Shown here piece after piece: positions 1-9,812 of a DNA stretch of 64,000 bases. Each line of letters opens with the position of its first letter. The stretch's first letter is position 1. The position numbers were made by a program, and so were the translations under genes. Location: assembly GCA_030648005.1 (NCBI GenBank), contig JAUSIP010000001.1, positions 6,662 through 70,661 on the forward strand. Direction: 5' to 3'. Under the pieces are notes generated by a model, which saw only the letters and a list, made by a program, of their open reading frames with translations, ran no database searches and had not been told where the DNA came from. This DNA comes from a bacterium. GTDB lineage: Bacteria; Patescibacteriota; Minisyncoccia; Phycocordibacterales; UBA12445.

Positions 1-1709
1 GCGGTCAAGAAAATAGTGATGAAGTCCTCCTCCTTAGTATTCAAGTCCATCACACCTACACCACCTCGCTTTTGCGCGCGATACTCACCCGGATCTGTCC
101 TCTTAATATACCCACCTGAGGTCAACACTAGCACCGACTCTTCGTCAGGTATCAAGTCCTCCTCACTAATATCTTGAACTCCACCCTTGACCACCCTAGT
201 CCTTCTCTCATCGCCGTACTTCTCCTTTATCTCGGCAAATTCATCTCTGATAACCTTCAATATCTTCGCCGGACTCGCCAAGAGTGCCCGAAGTTCTTTG
301 ATAAGTTCCTGTATAGCATTGAGCTCATCTTCGATCTTCTTTCTTTCGAGTCCTGCCAAGCGCGCGAGCTTCATCTCAAGGATGGCGACCGCCTGAATGA
401 CGGAGAATTTGAACGCCTTGATCAAATTAGCAGATGCCTCGGGAGTGTCCTTAGACTTCTTTATTATTTTTATTATCTCATCTATGTGGTCGAGCGCCTT
501 CTTGAGTCCGAGCAAAATATGCTCTCTCTCGAGCGCCTTTCTAAGATCAAACTCTGTTCTTCTTCGGACAACTATCTGTCTATGCAAAAGGAACTCTTCA
601 AGAATACTCTTCAAAGAAAGAACCTTCGGTATACCGTCGACAAGCGCCAGCATGTTGTAATTAAATGTCTGCTCAAGATCTGTGTACTTATAGAGCGCAT
701 TAAGAACCTTCTGCGGATAAGCTCCGGACTTGATGTCGACAACAACTCGAACATCTTTAGTGGACTCATCTCGGATGTCTCTAATCCCTTCAATCTTCTT
801 CTCTCGCACTAAGTCAGCCATCCTGATAATCATCTCGGCCTTATTGACTTGGTACGGTATGGAAGTGATAACGATCTGGAAGTTGTCGTTCTTGGTCTCA
901 ACGATCTCCGCTTCGCCACGACACACAACACCACCACGTCCTGTCGCGTATGCATGACTTATATCCTTATCGTTATAAACTATTCCGGCAGTCGGGAAGT
1001 CAGGACCTTTCACAAACTTGCGCAGATCTTCATTAGTAGCATCTTTATTCTCCGACAAATAAGCCAGCGCATCCATCACTTCACCGAGATTGTGTGGAGG
1101 AATCTTGGTCGCCATACCGACAGCGATACCGAGCGTGCCATTCAAAAGAAGATTCGGAGTTGCAGCCGGAAAGACTGATGGCTCCTTCCTAGTGTTGTCA
1201 TAGTTTGGCACGAAGTCTACGGTCTCCTTCTCTATATCCTTAAGCATCTCAGATGAGATCTTGGCCATCTTAGCCTCTGTGTATCTATAAGCAGCGGCAC
1301 TATCGCCGTCGTTGGAACCGAAGTTACCTTGGCCGAAGACCAGCGGGTAGCGGGTAGAGAAGTCCTGTGCTAGCTTAACCATCGCATCATAAACCGAAGA
1401 GTCGCCATGTGGATGATAGTGACCAAGCACATCTCCGACGATCATCGCTGACTTCCTAAACTTCGCACTGTAAGTAAGTCCGAGACCGTGCATAGAGTAC
1501 AGGATCCTTCTGTGAACAGGCTTCAAACCATCGCGCACATCCGGCAAGGCTCGAGAGACGATGACAGACATCGCGTAGTCCAGATATGACTTCCTCATCT
1601 CCGGCACTATATCTATCGGCACAATCGATCGCCCTACCGCGAGAACCTCTTCCGGTGTCAGCGGTCCGCCCTTGCCCTTATTATCGTTTTTTGAATTTTT
1701 ACCGGCCAT
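1..1709 (-). CDS. gyrA: DNA gyrase subunit A, N-terminal ~570 aa; the C-terminal part runs off the window start
   Basis: Hand translation of the minus strand from ATG 1709..1707 gives MAGKNSKND...[20 protein letters not shown]...GKYHPHGD-like motifs ([14 protein letters not shown]) and QGNFGS. The ORF is absent from the track because it is open to the edge; the + strand ORFs 174..1178 are antisense artefacts. Confidence 0.93.
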   Translation of the reverse strand, partial: MAGKNSKNDNKGKGGPLTPEEVLAVGRSIVPIDIVPEMRKSYLDYAMSVIVSRALPDVRDGLKPVHRRILYSMHGLGLTYSAKFRKSAMIVGDVLGHYHPHGDSSVYDAMVKLAQDFSTRYPLVFGQGNFGSNDGDSAAAYRYTEAKMAKISSEMLKDIEKETVDFVPNYDNTRKEPSVFPAATPNLLLNGTLGIAVGMATKIPPHNLGEVMDALAYLSENKDATNEDLRKFVKGPDFPTAGIVYNDKDISHAYATGRGGVVCRGEAEIVETKNDNFQIVITSIPYQVNKAEMIIRMADLVREKKIEGIRDIRDESTKDVRVVVDIKSGAYPQKVLNALYKYTDLEQTFNYNMLALVDGIPKVLSLKSILEEFLLHRQIVVRRRTEFDLRKALEREHILLGLKKALDHIDEIIKIIKKSKDTPEASANLIKAFKFSVIQAVAILEMKLARLAGLERKKIEDELNAIQELIKELRALLASPAKILKVIRDEFAEIKEKYGDERRTRVVKGGVQDISEEDLIPDEESVLVLTSGGYIKRTDPGEYRAQKRGGVGVMDLNTKEEDFITIFLT

Positions 1710-1721
1710 TGATTTAATATT

Positions 1722-2024
1722 TTACTTTGCACCTAACTTATCATTCATGTCCATCAACTCACTCTGAACCGACCGCCAAACGGCAGTCATATTTGTACTA
1801 AGCCTAGTAAACAACGACGGGGCGTCTGACTTCTTATCGATTACTTCAGTCAAACCACTGGTATCACTATTTAATGCCAATGGGGTCATGTTGTTAGAAA
1901 AATTCCAAACACCAAAAATGCCGATTATCAGACCGAGGGAGACGGTACTATGCAAAAGCATCTTCCGTCTTTGTTCTACCGGCTTCTCCCGCATCTTATC
2001 CATAAAATTATGTAATCTTTGCAT
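1722..2024 (-). CDS. hypothetical small membrane protein (one TM helix)
   Basis: 100-aa ORF 12 nt upstream of gyrA with a hydrophobic segment VSLGLIIGIFGVW; no recognisable family. Confidence 0.45.
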   Translation of the reverse strand: MQRLHNFMDKMREKPVEQRRKMLLHSTVSLGLIIGIFGVWNFSNNMTPLALNSDTSGLTEVIDKKSDAPSLFTRLSTNMTAVWRSVQSELMDMNDKLGAK

Positions 2025-2055
2025 CTTTTTTAGTTCTTATGCTTATACTAATCCC

Positions 2056-2709
2056 TTATACTATTGGTGACAACAAAATAACTTCTCCTTCTTTCCCCTC
2101 AAGATCTTTCATTTTAATCGTCAACTTATCCAGAGGCGACACGTTCTCTACTCCGGACTCCTTCAAGAAAGATGCGACAGCAGTCTTAGACACGCCGTTG
2201 ATATCGTGCTGCATTGGGATGACAATCTTCGGCTCGAGTAAGTTTACCAGCTTACTAGCATCTGAAGCGTTAAGTAATTCGTCAGCTGGCGAACTGCCGG
2301 TAATCGGCACAAATAGTATATCTATTGCTCCAAGTTCCTCCTTAACTTCTGGTTTTATATCTAGAACATTTAGCGCACCGACGTGACATAAATTTATGTC
2401 ATCAAAAACTACAGAATAAATAGTGTTCATCTTCTTAACTTCATTGATAGTTTGCTCCACCAAGAAACCCTTCACATAAATCCCCCCAGCCTCATACTCA
2501 CCTGGACCGTCTATAACGAAGAGTTCTCGACTCCCGCCGGAGACATTGGAGACACCATTATAGTTCTTGTCATTCATGCTTATAATGGCGATATCAGAAG
2601 AGAATCTGGTTGATTTAAAATCTGAATCCTTAGACACAGGGTTAAAAGCGATGACCACATCGCCCAACTGAACCTTAAAACACCCTATCCCATGATAAGA
2701 AATAACCAT
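2056..2709 (-). CDS. metallo-beta-lactamase-fold metal-dependent hydrolase
   Basis: 217 aa; N-terminal pattern MVISYHGIGCFKVQL...FNP typical of UPF0173/MBL-fold hydrolases. Confidence 0.6.
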   Translation of the reverse strand: MVISYHGIGCFKVQLGDVVIAFNPVSKDSDFKSTRFSSDIAIISMNDKNYNGVSNVSGGSRELFVIDGPGEYEAGGIYVKGFLVEQTINEVKKMNTIYSVVFDDINLCHVGALNVLDIKPEVKEELGAIDILFVPITGSSPADELLNASDASKLVNLLEPKIVIPMQHDINGVSKTAVASFLKESGVENVSPLDKLTIKMKDLEGKEGEVILLSPIV

Positions 2710-2722
2710 ATGTACCTATTAT

Positions 2723-2781
2723 AGTCCCGATTTTGATCTAAGTCAAAACCGGGATCCTCGATTCGATGAATCGAATCGGGA
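2723..2781. repeat. miniature inverted-repeat element, copy 1 (TIRs GTCCCGATT / AATCGGGAC)
   Basis: Perfect 9-bp terminal inverted repeats; the internal CGGGATCCTCGATTCGATGAATCGAATCGGGAC is the reverse complement of the element at 53662..53696. Confidence 0.7.
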
Positions 2782-2791
2782 CAAAATTTTT

Positions 2792-2819
2792 ATAAAAGAA
2801 AAAGCCCCCAAGACGGGGG
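2792..2819 (-). terminator. rho-independent terminator for ORF 2841..3308
   Basis: GCCCCCAAGACGGGGGC hairpin followed by a T-run on the minus strand. Confidence 0.6.
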
Positions 2820-2840
2820 CGGGCGGGGCGACTGATGACT

Positions 2841-3308
2841 TCATATGTAGTCTTCAATATTGTCGAGCCAAAAGTTGCTAACACCGCTCTGTTTCTGACG
2901 TTCGATGCGTTCGGCTTCGTTGAGTACAATAATCATCTCTCTACCGGCAAGAGTCAGCCTGACCGGGGAATAAAGTGCATAAGAAAGCAAACTTACAGCA
3001 GTAGCAACTTCTGCCACCTCAGCCTGCGATTCGGTCAGACAGGCAGAATGCCGGAGCTTCCGACAAAACTTCTTGCCTTCGAATATTCGGTCAACCATAG
3101 ATGATCTGATTATCAGAAAATCTTTCGCCGGGTAAAGCTCAAAGAGACGAAGTAGTGTCCCACGAAGATATATCCTAGCCTTGCGATCCCAAAAATTCAT
3201 CTCCCTCTCGGCAGTTTTACAATGTGAGTAGCCATACTTCTTTACATAACCGACAAATATTGAACGCATATCGCGGAGAGTTCGATTATCTCCCACCCCC
3301 AACTTCAT
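2841..3308 (-). CDS. hypothetical protein
   Basis: 155-aa ORF with its own terminator; no family recognised. Confidence 0.4.
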   Translation of the reverse strand: MKLGVGDNRTLRDMRSIFVGYVKKYGYSHCKTAEREMNFWDRKARIYLRGTLLRLFELYPAKDFLIIRSSMVDRIFEGKKFCRKLRHSACLTESQAEVAEVATAVSLLSYALYSPVRLTLAGREMIIVLNEAERIERQKQSGVSNFWLDNIEDYI

Positions 3309-3391
3309 AACACACTCCTTTATATATCTTTACAAAATTCTCAAGAAGCAAGCGAGTCTAGTTTGAAACTAACACAAATAACTCACAGAGT

Positions 3392-5389
3392 CTACTTCGT
3401 CTTGAACTCGTACACACCTTCCCAAGTAGCAGGCGGATGTTCGATGAAGTAAAGTGCACGCTCATTAAGTAACCTCGTTGGGCCGTCGTTTAACTTTTTT
3501 AAAATATCTTCTGTAATCTTCTTAACCTCCTGCCAATCGCCGTTGTAATAAAATCTTCGAGCTTTCTCAAAGTCAGACAAGATCCCCTTCACAGCCTCTT
3601 CCTTCTCTCTCTCGACAACTTCGAAGATCGTGACCGGCAATTTCTTACCTTTAACCTTCACTCTATCCAACTCTCTTATCAAGATCTTCTCTTTCTCTAT
3701 CAGTTCGGCCGGCAGATGATCAAAAGTATGCTGGCTAATAATGATATGCACCCCATAAGTCTTAGTCTGGCCTTCAAGACGCGAAGCGAGATTCACAGTA
3801 TCTCCCATCACAGTGTAGTCAAACTGCTGTTCCGAACCCATATTACCAGCAATCACCTTACCTGAATTCAAACCGATACCTATATCAATAGCCGGATCAC
3901 CTTCTGATACACTCTTCTCATTAAACTTTTTTAGCGCAGTCACCATCTCTAGCGAAGTCAGAACTGCATCCACAGCGTGCATTTTATTGGTAAGTGGAGC
4001 ACCCCAGAAGGCCATAATTGCATCGCCGATATACTTGTCTACAACCCCCCGCTTTTTTAGAGCAATGTCAGTCATTACAGTAAGGTACTTATTTAAGAAA
4101 TGTACCAGCTGTCCGGGAGTGAGGCCTTCAGAAAGATTTGTGAATCCGCGAACATCGGAGAAAAATACAGTGGTCTCTTTCTCGTCTCCGCCAAGCTTAA
4201 TCTTAGACGGATCGCGGAGCATCTCTTCCAGAATATCCCTAGAAACATATTTAGAGAAAAGATTACGCAGGTGATTCTTCTCTTTCTCAACAGTAAAATA
4301 ATGATAGGCGAAAGAGACCAATGAGCCGGAGATCCAGGCCAAGTTAATGTGCACAATGTTCGCAACCTGACCCTCGCCAAAAAGGTAGATGATCGCGACA
4401 TTGTAAAAAATACCCAAGACAACATTTACTCCGAGAGCTTTCCATGGCCGTTCACTAAAAGAGAATAGAAGTGCCGGCAATAATGTGGCAAAAAATATCC
4501 AGAACTCAAGCCAGCCCTCACTGATCGGAGCAAGTTTATAATCCTGCAAGATCATGTTTGCGATCTCCGCCTGGATCTCCACTCCACTCATAGCTGTGCC
4601 TCGCGAGAATGGTGTCGGCTTCTCATCATGCAAATCCGCTGCAGTAGAACCTATAAAAATAATTTTGTTTAAGAGTGGTAGATCAATATTTCCTTCATAA
4701 ACTTTCCAGAAAGGCACCATTGGGAATGATCCGGGCGGACCGGCGAATACGATCCGCTCAATACTCTCTTTGGGGTATGAATTTCTATGGCGAAGTCCGG
4801 CCGACTCGACAGTTTTCAATCCTAACGCCTTATTGATCACCGAACTGTCCGCGATCTCTATCCAAAGTGGAACCCTACGCACTACACCATCACGGTCAAG
4901 TATTAGGTTCACATGTGCCGGCGCAGTTAGAGATACATCAGTTATAATTTTCAGATTTTTCACCAGTGGCGCACCTCTCTCTACAAATGCATGCAAGCCG
5001 TCGATATTCACACTGGTAAATTCAACCGGCATTACCAATGGATATTTCAAACCCTCCATAGCCCTCACAAGAGCCCAATCATCTGCCTCTCCTATACGCG
5101 AAGCCTCCGGAAAGATCACATCTAGACCCACAGACTTCGGCTTATACTGCTCCAGATTGGAGAGTGCCTTAGCAAACACAGCTCGAGGCCACGGCCATTG
5201 GCCGATCTTCTGGATAGATTCGTTATCTATACCAATGATAACTATATCTTTATTAATCTCCTTTTTACTGAAGAGAATATCCTCGAAGAACTGCTCTATC
5301 CCCGAGAAAAGTCCGGCACGAAAAGAGCCGACCAGGATTAAGCCGAGAAATGAGTTTAAAAAATAAAAAAATAATTTTTTCCTATTCAT
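3392..5389 (-). CDS. CHASE2 sensor domain / class III adenylate-guanylate cyclase
   Basis: N-terminal CHASE2-like region, TM helices, C-terminal cyclase core FFSDVRGFTNLSE...YIGDAIMAFWGAP. Confidence 0.85.
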   Translation of the reverse strand: MNRKKLFFYFLNSFLGLILVGSFRAGLFSGIEQFFEDILFSKKEINKDIVIIGIDNESIQKIGQWPWPRAVFAKALSNLEQYKPKSVGLDVIFPEASRIGEADDWALVRAMEGLKYPLVMPVEFTSVNIDGLHAFVERGAPLVKNLKIITDVSLTAPAHVNLILDRDGVVRRVPLWIEIADSSVINKALGLKTVESAGLRHRNSYPKESIERIVFAGPPGSFPMVPFWKVYEGNIDLPLLNKIIFIGSTAADLHDEKPTPFSRGTAMSGVEIQAEIANMILQDYKLAPISEGWLEFWIFFATLLPALLFSFSERPWKALGVNVVLGIFYNVAIIYLFGEGQVANIVHINLAWISGSLVSFAYHYFTVEKEKNHLRNLFSKYVSRDILEEMLRDPSKIKLGGDEKETTVFFSDVRGFTNLSEGLTPGQLVHFLNKYLTVMTDIALKKRGVVDKYIGDAIMAFWGAPLTNKMHAVDAVLTSLEMVTALKKFNEKSVSEGDPAIDIGIGLNSGKVIAGNMGSEQQFDYTVMGDTVNLASRLEGQTKTYGVHIIISQHTFDHLPAELIEKEKILIRELDRVKVKGKKLPVTIFEVVEREKEEAVKGILSDFEKARRFYYNGDWQEVKKITEDILKKLNDGPTRLLNERALYFIEHPPATWEGVYEFKTK

Positions 5390-5398
5390 GACCTTATA

Positions 5399-6730
5399 CT
5401 ATCCGCGTCGTTCTCCATCATCCTCAAATTTAAGTAGGACCCTGAATACCGGCGTTTTGCCGGCTAGCTCTTTGTCACCACCCTTCCAGATAGCCATCAC
5501 GACTCCGGAACCTTCGCCCATTTCAGATATTTCAGGAGTAAGCTTGCCTACGAAAATCCCGCTCGCATCTATTGTTCCAATAGGACCCACAACCCTCCAA
5601 TCTACGGAACTTGTGACATCCTCCTTGCTTCCATCACTTAAAACAAGCATCGCCCTAAAGGCAATTTTCTGCTGTTCTGCAAAATCAGAGTTAATGAAAG
5701 TTCTCGACTCTATAATAAGATCAACAGGAGTACCTCGCCTACTTCTTATTATCCCCCCGATCGGACTATCTATTCTCTGTTCAACATTGTTCAATATCTC
5801 TTTCTTAATTTCCGCCCTCACCTCAGCTCTTACCTCCGCTTTTTTTACCGGTTCCGTAATCTTTCTCTCAACTATTTCTCCCACTCTCCTCTCTTCTGTC
5901 TTAATATTAATTTTGGTCTTCAATTCAGTCCGAACTTCTCTCAATGAATCTTTAAGTAACTCCTCACGCAGTTTTTCCCTCAGAACTCCACGTGACTTCA
6001 GATCTTTCACTTGAACTTCGATCTTAGTATCCTCAGACTCGTTGGCATTCAACCACTCTTGATCTCTAGGCACGATACCCGCGCCTGCGCTAGCCGGACT
6101 AACTGCAACGTCCACAGCGACAACCACCTTTTTATTGACTCTAATCTTCTCAACATCATCATTGGTCCACTCGACAAATTTGCCTTCACTTAGAATTATC
6201 GGTTCTTTGCCGACTCGTTCTCCGGTCTTAGGGTCTATTACCTGGAGAGCAACTGTATGTTGGGATCCAAACATCTTAGAGTGCCCTCCCTCCGAACTCA
6301 TACCAAAAGCCGTACCACGTACGGTCGCCACGGCGTTGGATGTCTTCACCTCCCAGACTGAAGCCGGTGTGGCAAGATCTATCACCTTAGACCAAACTTT
6401 CCCGACCGCCAGGCTAACTTTGACAGAAATAGCTCCGCTTGCTTTGTCGTAATTTCCATCATTCAAGGTGATTGTGGTGCCAGAATCCAAACGAAGCACC
6501 GAGCCGTCCAAGAAGTGCACCTTAGCCTCTCCATCGGTGCTTACTACGAGAGTTATCGGGTAGTCCAAACTGTCTCCACTTTTAAGACCAGAAACTTCCC
6601 CCTTAGTGATAGTTATCCACGGCTTTGTCGGAAGCTCTACAACGGGTGGAATCTCCTTTCCATCACCACCCACTAAAGACAGAAACAAAATAGGGATGAA
6701 TAAAACCGCTGCAATAAATATATTTTTCAT
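5399..6730 (-). CDS. FecR-domain secreted protein with C-terminal Big_2-like domain
   Basis: Signal peptide; VKTSNAVATVRGTAFGM (FecR-like); C-terminal Ig-like segment; adjacent to the CHASE2 cyclase. Confidence 0.6.
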   Translation of the reverse strand: MKNIFIAAVLFIPILFLSLVGGDGKEIPPVVELPTKPWITITKGEVSGLKSGDSLDYPITLVVSTDGEAKVHFLDGSVLRLDSGTTITLNDGNYDKASGAISVKVSLAVGKVWSKVIDLATPASVWEVKTSNAVATVRGTAFGMSSEGGHSKMFGSQHTVALQVIDPKTGERVGKEPIILSEGKFVEWTNDDVEKIRVNKKVVVAVDVAVSPASAGAGIVPRDQEWLNANESEDTKIEVQVKDLKSRGVLREKLREELLKDSLREVRTELKTKINIKTEERRVGEIVERKITEPVKKAEVRAEVRAEIKKEILNNVEQRIDSPIGGIIRSRRGTPVDLIIESRTFINSDFAEQQKIAFRAMLVLSDGSKEDVTSSVDWRVVGPIGTIDASGIFVGKLTPEISEMGEGSGVVMAIWKGGDKELAGKTPVFRVLLKFEDDGERRG

Positions 6731-6789
6731 TCATATAATATACTGCAACATTGCTCTCCTGCCAAGAGAGATGATATTATTCAATATAC

Positions 6790-7818
6790 ATGCTCGTGTT
6801 CGAACACCTCAGCAAGAGACTTATAGAACTGTTTGGGCTTTTGCTTATTGTCTTTCTGGTGACGAAATTTGTATCTGCATCCGGATTTCAATTCAATAAA
6901 AATTTAAACTTTGGATTAAGAAGTGATCCTGAAGTTATCAAACTACAAGATTTTTTAAGAAACTTAGGATTTTTTAATTTACCTACGTCTAGCGGAAACT
7001 ATTTCAATGTCACGGTCGATGCAGTTAAGAAATTCCAGCTCGCGAACAATATAAAGCCGATCAGCGGCTACTTCGGCCCGCTAACAAGAACACAAGCCAA
7101 TCGCCTATCGGGCACCCTAACTACAAACTTCCCGTCACCAACACCAATAACGCCAGTACCGATATCAGTCAACCGCTCCGCCACATCTACTTTCTTCGGA
7201 CAGATCGAGATCACCGACACAAATAATTCAGATAACATCAAAGACGAATATACAACCATACAGAACACCGGCACCACCAGCATAAGCATCACCGGCTTTA
7301 AACTCACAAACTCTCGCGGCGAGGAATTCCAAATACCTAAGGGACATAACCTACCAGGAATCTCAGCTGTTCCCCCAGACGAGATCATACTGAGGGGCAA
7401 TGATTCAGCCAAGATATTCATAGGTAAACAAGACCGGCATCTCGATTTTAGAGAGAATCTCTGTACCGGCTATCTTGATCAAGACAAAAGCTTCGGGGGT
7501 AAGATCTCGCGCAATTGCCCAGAACCAGACATCAATACTAATTTAAAACTACCCGACCACTGCATTCTAGTGTTCGAGGCCACTGGGTCTTGCCAGACAG
7601 TGGATCAATCCAGAATTCAAATAGCGGAATGTTTAGAATTTTCCGAAGCGCACTACAACTATCAGGGTTGTATTAAAGACTTTAAAAATAAAAGCAACTT
7701 TTTTAGCAGAAGATGGATAATCTGGATGCAAAGATCGAGCAAATTCTTGAGAGATATACACGACAAGGTCACCCTTTACGACAAAGATGGCAAAATCGTC
7801 CATGTCTTTACATATTAA
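6790..7818 (+). CDS. peptidoglycan-binding (PG_binding_1) domain protein with Cys-rich C-terminal domain
   Basis: DPEVIKLQDFLRNLGF...VDAVKKFQLANNIKPISGYFGPLT motif; the start codon is uncertain. Confidence 0.55.
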   Translation: MLVFEHLSKRLIELFGLLLIVFLVTKFVSASGFQFNKNLNFGLRSDPEVIKLQDFLRNLGFFNLPTSSGNYFNVTVDAVKKFQLANNIKPISGYFGPLTRTQANRLSGTLTTNFPSPTPITPVPISVNRSATSTFFGQIEITDTNNSDNIKDEYTTIQNTGTTSISITGFKLTNSRGEEFQIPKGHNLPGISAVPPDEIILRGNDSAKIFIGKQDRHLDFRENLCTGYLDQDKSFGGKISRNCPEPDINTNLKLPDHCILVFEATGSCQTVDQSRIQIAECLEFSEAHYNYQGCIKDFKNKSNFFSRRWIIWMQRSSKFLRDIHDKVTLYDKDGKIVHVFTY

Positions 7819-7864
7819 ATCTTTTAGGTATACTTAGGCACAACTCAATTATTAAAGGAATTTA

Positions 7865-7965
7865 TAGATTTGAGTGCAGAACGAGGAGAAAGTGAGTACT
7901 GCGACGATATGTACTAAAAGTACATTGAGGAGTAGGCGGAACTTTCGACAAAGTTATGTGCCAAA
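7865..7965 (+). repeat. conserved ~100-nt 3'-UTR repeat element, copy D (sense strand +)
   Basis: TGCAGAACGAGGAG...ATGTACTAAAAGTACATTGAGGAG...CTTTCGACAAAGTTATGTGCC matches the copies at 15682, 17826 and 33706 in reverse complement. Confidence 0.8.
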
Positions 7966-8037
7966 TATATAGATTCCGCAAGTGCCAACCACCCGGGCAT
8001 CAAAGTAAACCAAGACGGGGACGGAAAATTAATCATT

Positions 8038-9135
8038 ATGGGTACAAAACTATCTGATACAGACGTAACAAGCTATCACTCAAGCTCAATGGAGCAATAC
8101 GCCAAGCACATAGCGGGCAGACCCGAAATGGGCGACTTAGTAGAGGCACCGGTCATCGGCATAGTGAAGCTTGCTCTATATGTAGATCTCAAGCCTTACG
8201 GTACAGGTGTTATTTATGGTAGAGAGTTCTTAAATGCCCGAGATGTGATCAAGAAGATCAACGTCGGCGATATCATCACAGCTAAAGTTGTGGAGACAGA
8301 AACACCGGAGGATGGCTATGTTGGGCTATCTTTGAAAGAGGCAAGACAGGCATTGGTTTGGGCCGAGGCCGAGAACTTGGTCAAAAATAAAACGGTTCTT
8401 GAGCTATCCATTAAGGATGCCAACAAGGGCGGTCTTATTCTCGAATGGCAGAATGTTGTTGGTTTCTTACCTGCATCACAGTTGAAGCCTGAACACTATC
8501 CTAGAGTCAACGACGGCGATAAGGATAGGATAATGATCGAGTTAAAGAAGTTGATTGGGCAGAAAATTTTTGTATCTATAATTGGAGCTAATCCTAAGGA
8601 GGGCAAACTAATCTTCTCAGAGAAGAGTGGGGCGCAAAAAGAAAGGACTGAGATGGTTGAGAAGTATACTGTTGGCGATACACTCGATGGTGAAGTTACA
8701 GGAGCTGTAGACTTCGGAATATTCGTTAAACTCGAAGATGGCCTAGAGGGCTTAGTACACATCTCCGAGATTGATTGGTCTCTGGTTGAGAACCCTAAGA
8801 AGCTCTTCAAAACTGGTGACAAAATTAAGGTTAAGGTCATTGAGATCAAAGATGGCAAGGTATCTCTGTCTATCAAGGCACTAAAGGAGAATCCCTGGAA
8901 AGCTGCGGAATCTAAATACAAAAAGGGTGCTAAAGTTACCGGTGTTGTTATCAAATACAACAAGCATGGTGCCCTAGTAAGCATCGAGGAGGGTGTAGCG
9001 GGTCTAGTACACATCTCAGCCTTTAACACAGAGGAGAAGATGAAGGAGAAACTCGAACTCGGCAAGTCATACAACTTCACCATCACACTCTTCGAGCCAA
9101 AAGAGCAGAAGATGACGCTGACACTAGTTGAATAG
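8038..9135 (+). CDS. rpsA: ribosomal protein S1-like (multiple S1 RNA-binding domains, short form)
   Basis: Four repeated S1-domain signatures (GxVxG...VGDxxxxKV). Confidence 0.75.
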   Translation: MGTKLSDTDVTSYHSSSMEQYAKHIAGRPEMGDLVEAPVIGIVKLALYVDLKPYGTGVIYGREFLNARDVIKKINVGDIITAKVVETETPEDGYVGLSLKEARQALVWAEAENLVKNKTVLELSIKDANKGGLILEWQNVVGFLPASQLKPEHYPRVNDGDKDRIMIELKKLIGQKIFVSIIGANPKEGKLIFSEKSGAQKERTEMVEKYTVGDTLDGEVTGAVDFGIFVKLEDGLEGLVHISEIDWSLVENPKKLFKTGDKIKVKVIEIKDGKVSLSIKALKENPWKAAESKYKKGAKVTGVVIKYNKHGALVSIEEGVAGLVHISAFNTEEKMKEKLELGKSYNFTITLFEPKEQKMTLTLVE

Positions 9136-9720
9136 ACTCATCGCCTTGTTGCGTCCTTCAGTAATGATGCACGAGACAGCTTCAATAATCTTTTTAGACT
9201 CTTTTTTAAGAAGGTCCAATTCTGCCTTCTTAAACTCGCCGAGTATTAACTTCTCCACATCAGCCTCCCCTACCGGTCTTTTTATTTTGCCTGATGGCGT
9301 CACTGGCGAGATACCAATCCTTATTCTTATAAACGCCTCAGTCTTGATATTTTGAATTATAGATTTAACACCATTGTGTCCGCCGGGACCTCTATTAAAA
9401 GAAATTCTAAAGCTACCGATTGGCAAGTCTAGATCATCATGTATTACTATCAATTCCTCAGCCGTTTTCTTCGAAGTTACTAACTTATTTAAACCCACAC
9501 CGGAATTATTCATGAAGTTATCCGGCCAAAGAAGAGTTAGCTTCTTGCTTCCTAATTTGCCGGTAGATATGAGTGACTTGGTCTTAACATCACTTTTCCA
9601 ATCTGCAAATTCTACATCAGAAGAGTTACGCAAAAATTCCGTAACAATCCGCCCGGTATTATGCCTCGTATTCTTATACTCTTCACCTGGATTTCCGAGT
9701 CCGACAATAATATATGACAT
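9124..9720 (-). CDS. pth: peptidyl-tRNA hydrolase
   Basis: MSYIIVGLGNPGEEYKNTRHNTG; start moved to the internal ATG 9720. Confidence 0.9.
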   Translation of the reverse strand: MSYIIVGLGNPGEEYKNTRHNTGRIVTEFLRNSSDVEFADWKSDVKTKSLISTGKLGSKKLTLLWPDNFMNNSGVGLNKLVTSKKTAEELIVIHDDLDLPIGSFRISFNRGPGGHNGVKSIIQNIKTEAFIRIRIGISPVTPSGKIKRPVGEADVEKLILGEFKKAELDLLKKESKKIIEAVSCIITEGRNKAMSLFN

Positions 9721-9751
9721 AGGTTTATTTATATCACCTCCACAAATTCTT

Positions 9752-9788
9752 GGCAAAAAGAAATCCCCCACCTGGCTGGTGGGGGGGG
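9752..9788 (-). terminator. hairpin terminator downstream of ORF 9813..10415
   Basis: CCCCCCCCACCAGCCAGGTGGGGG hairpin plus a T-rich tract on the minus strand. Confidence 0.5.
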
Positions 9789-9812
9789 CGGATGAACTAG
9801 GGCTGGTTGCTA

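Noticed and set aside
174-1178. Plus-strand ORFs (212 aa, 69 aa, 87 aa, 75 aa, 109 aa) at the window start
   Set aside because: They are antisense to a continuous, clearly recognisable gyrA reading frame on the minus strand. Their low-complexity translations are shadow-ORF artefacts.
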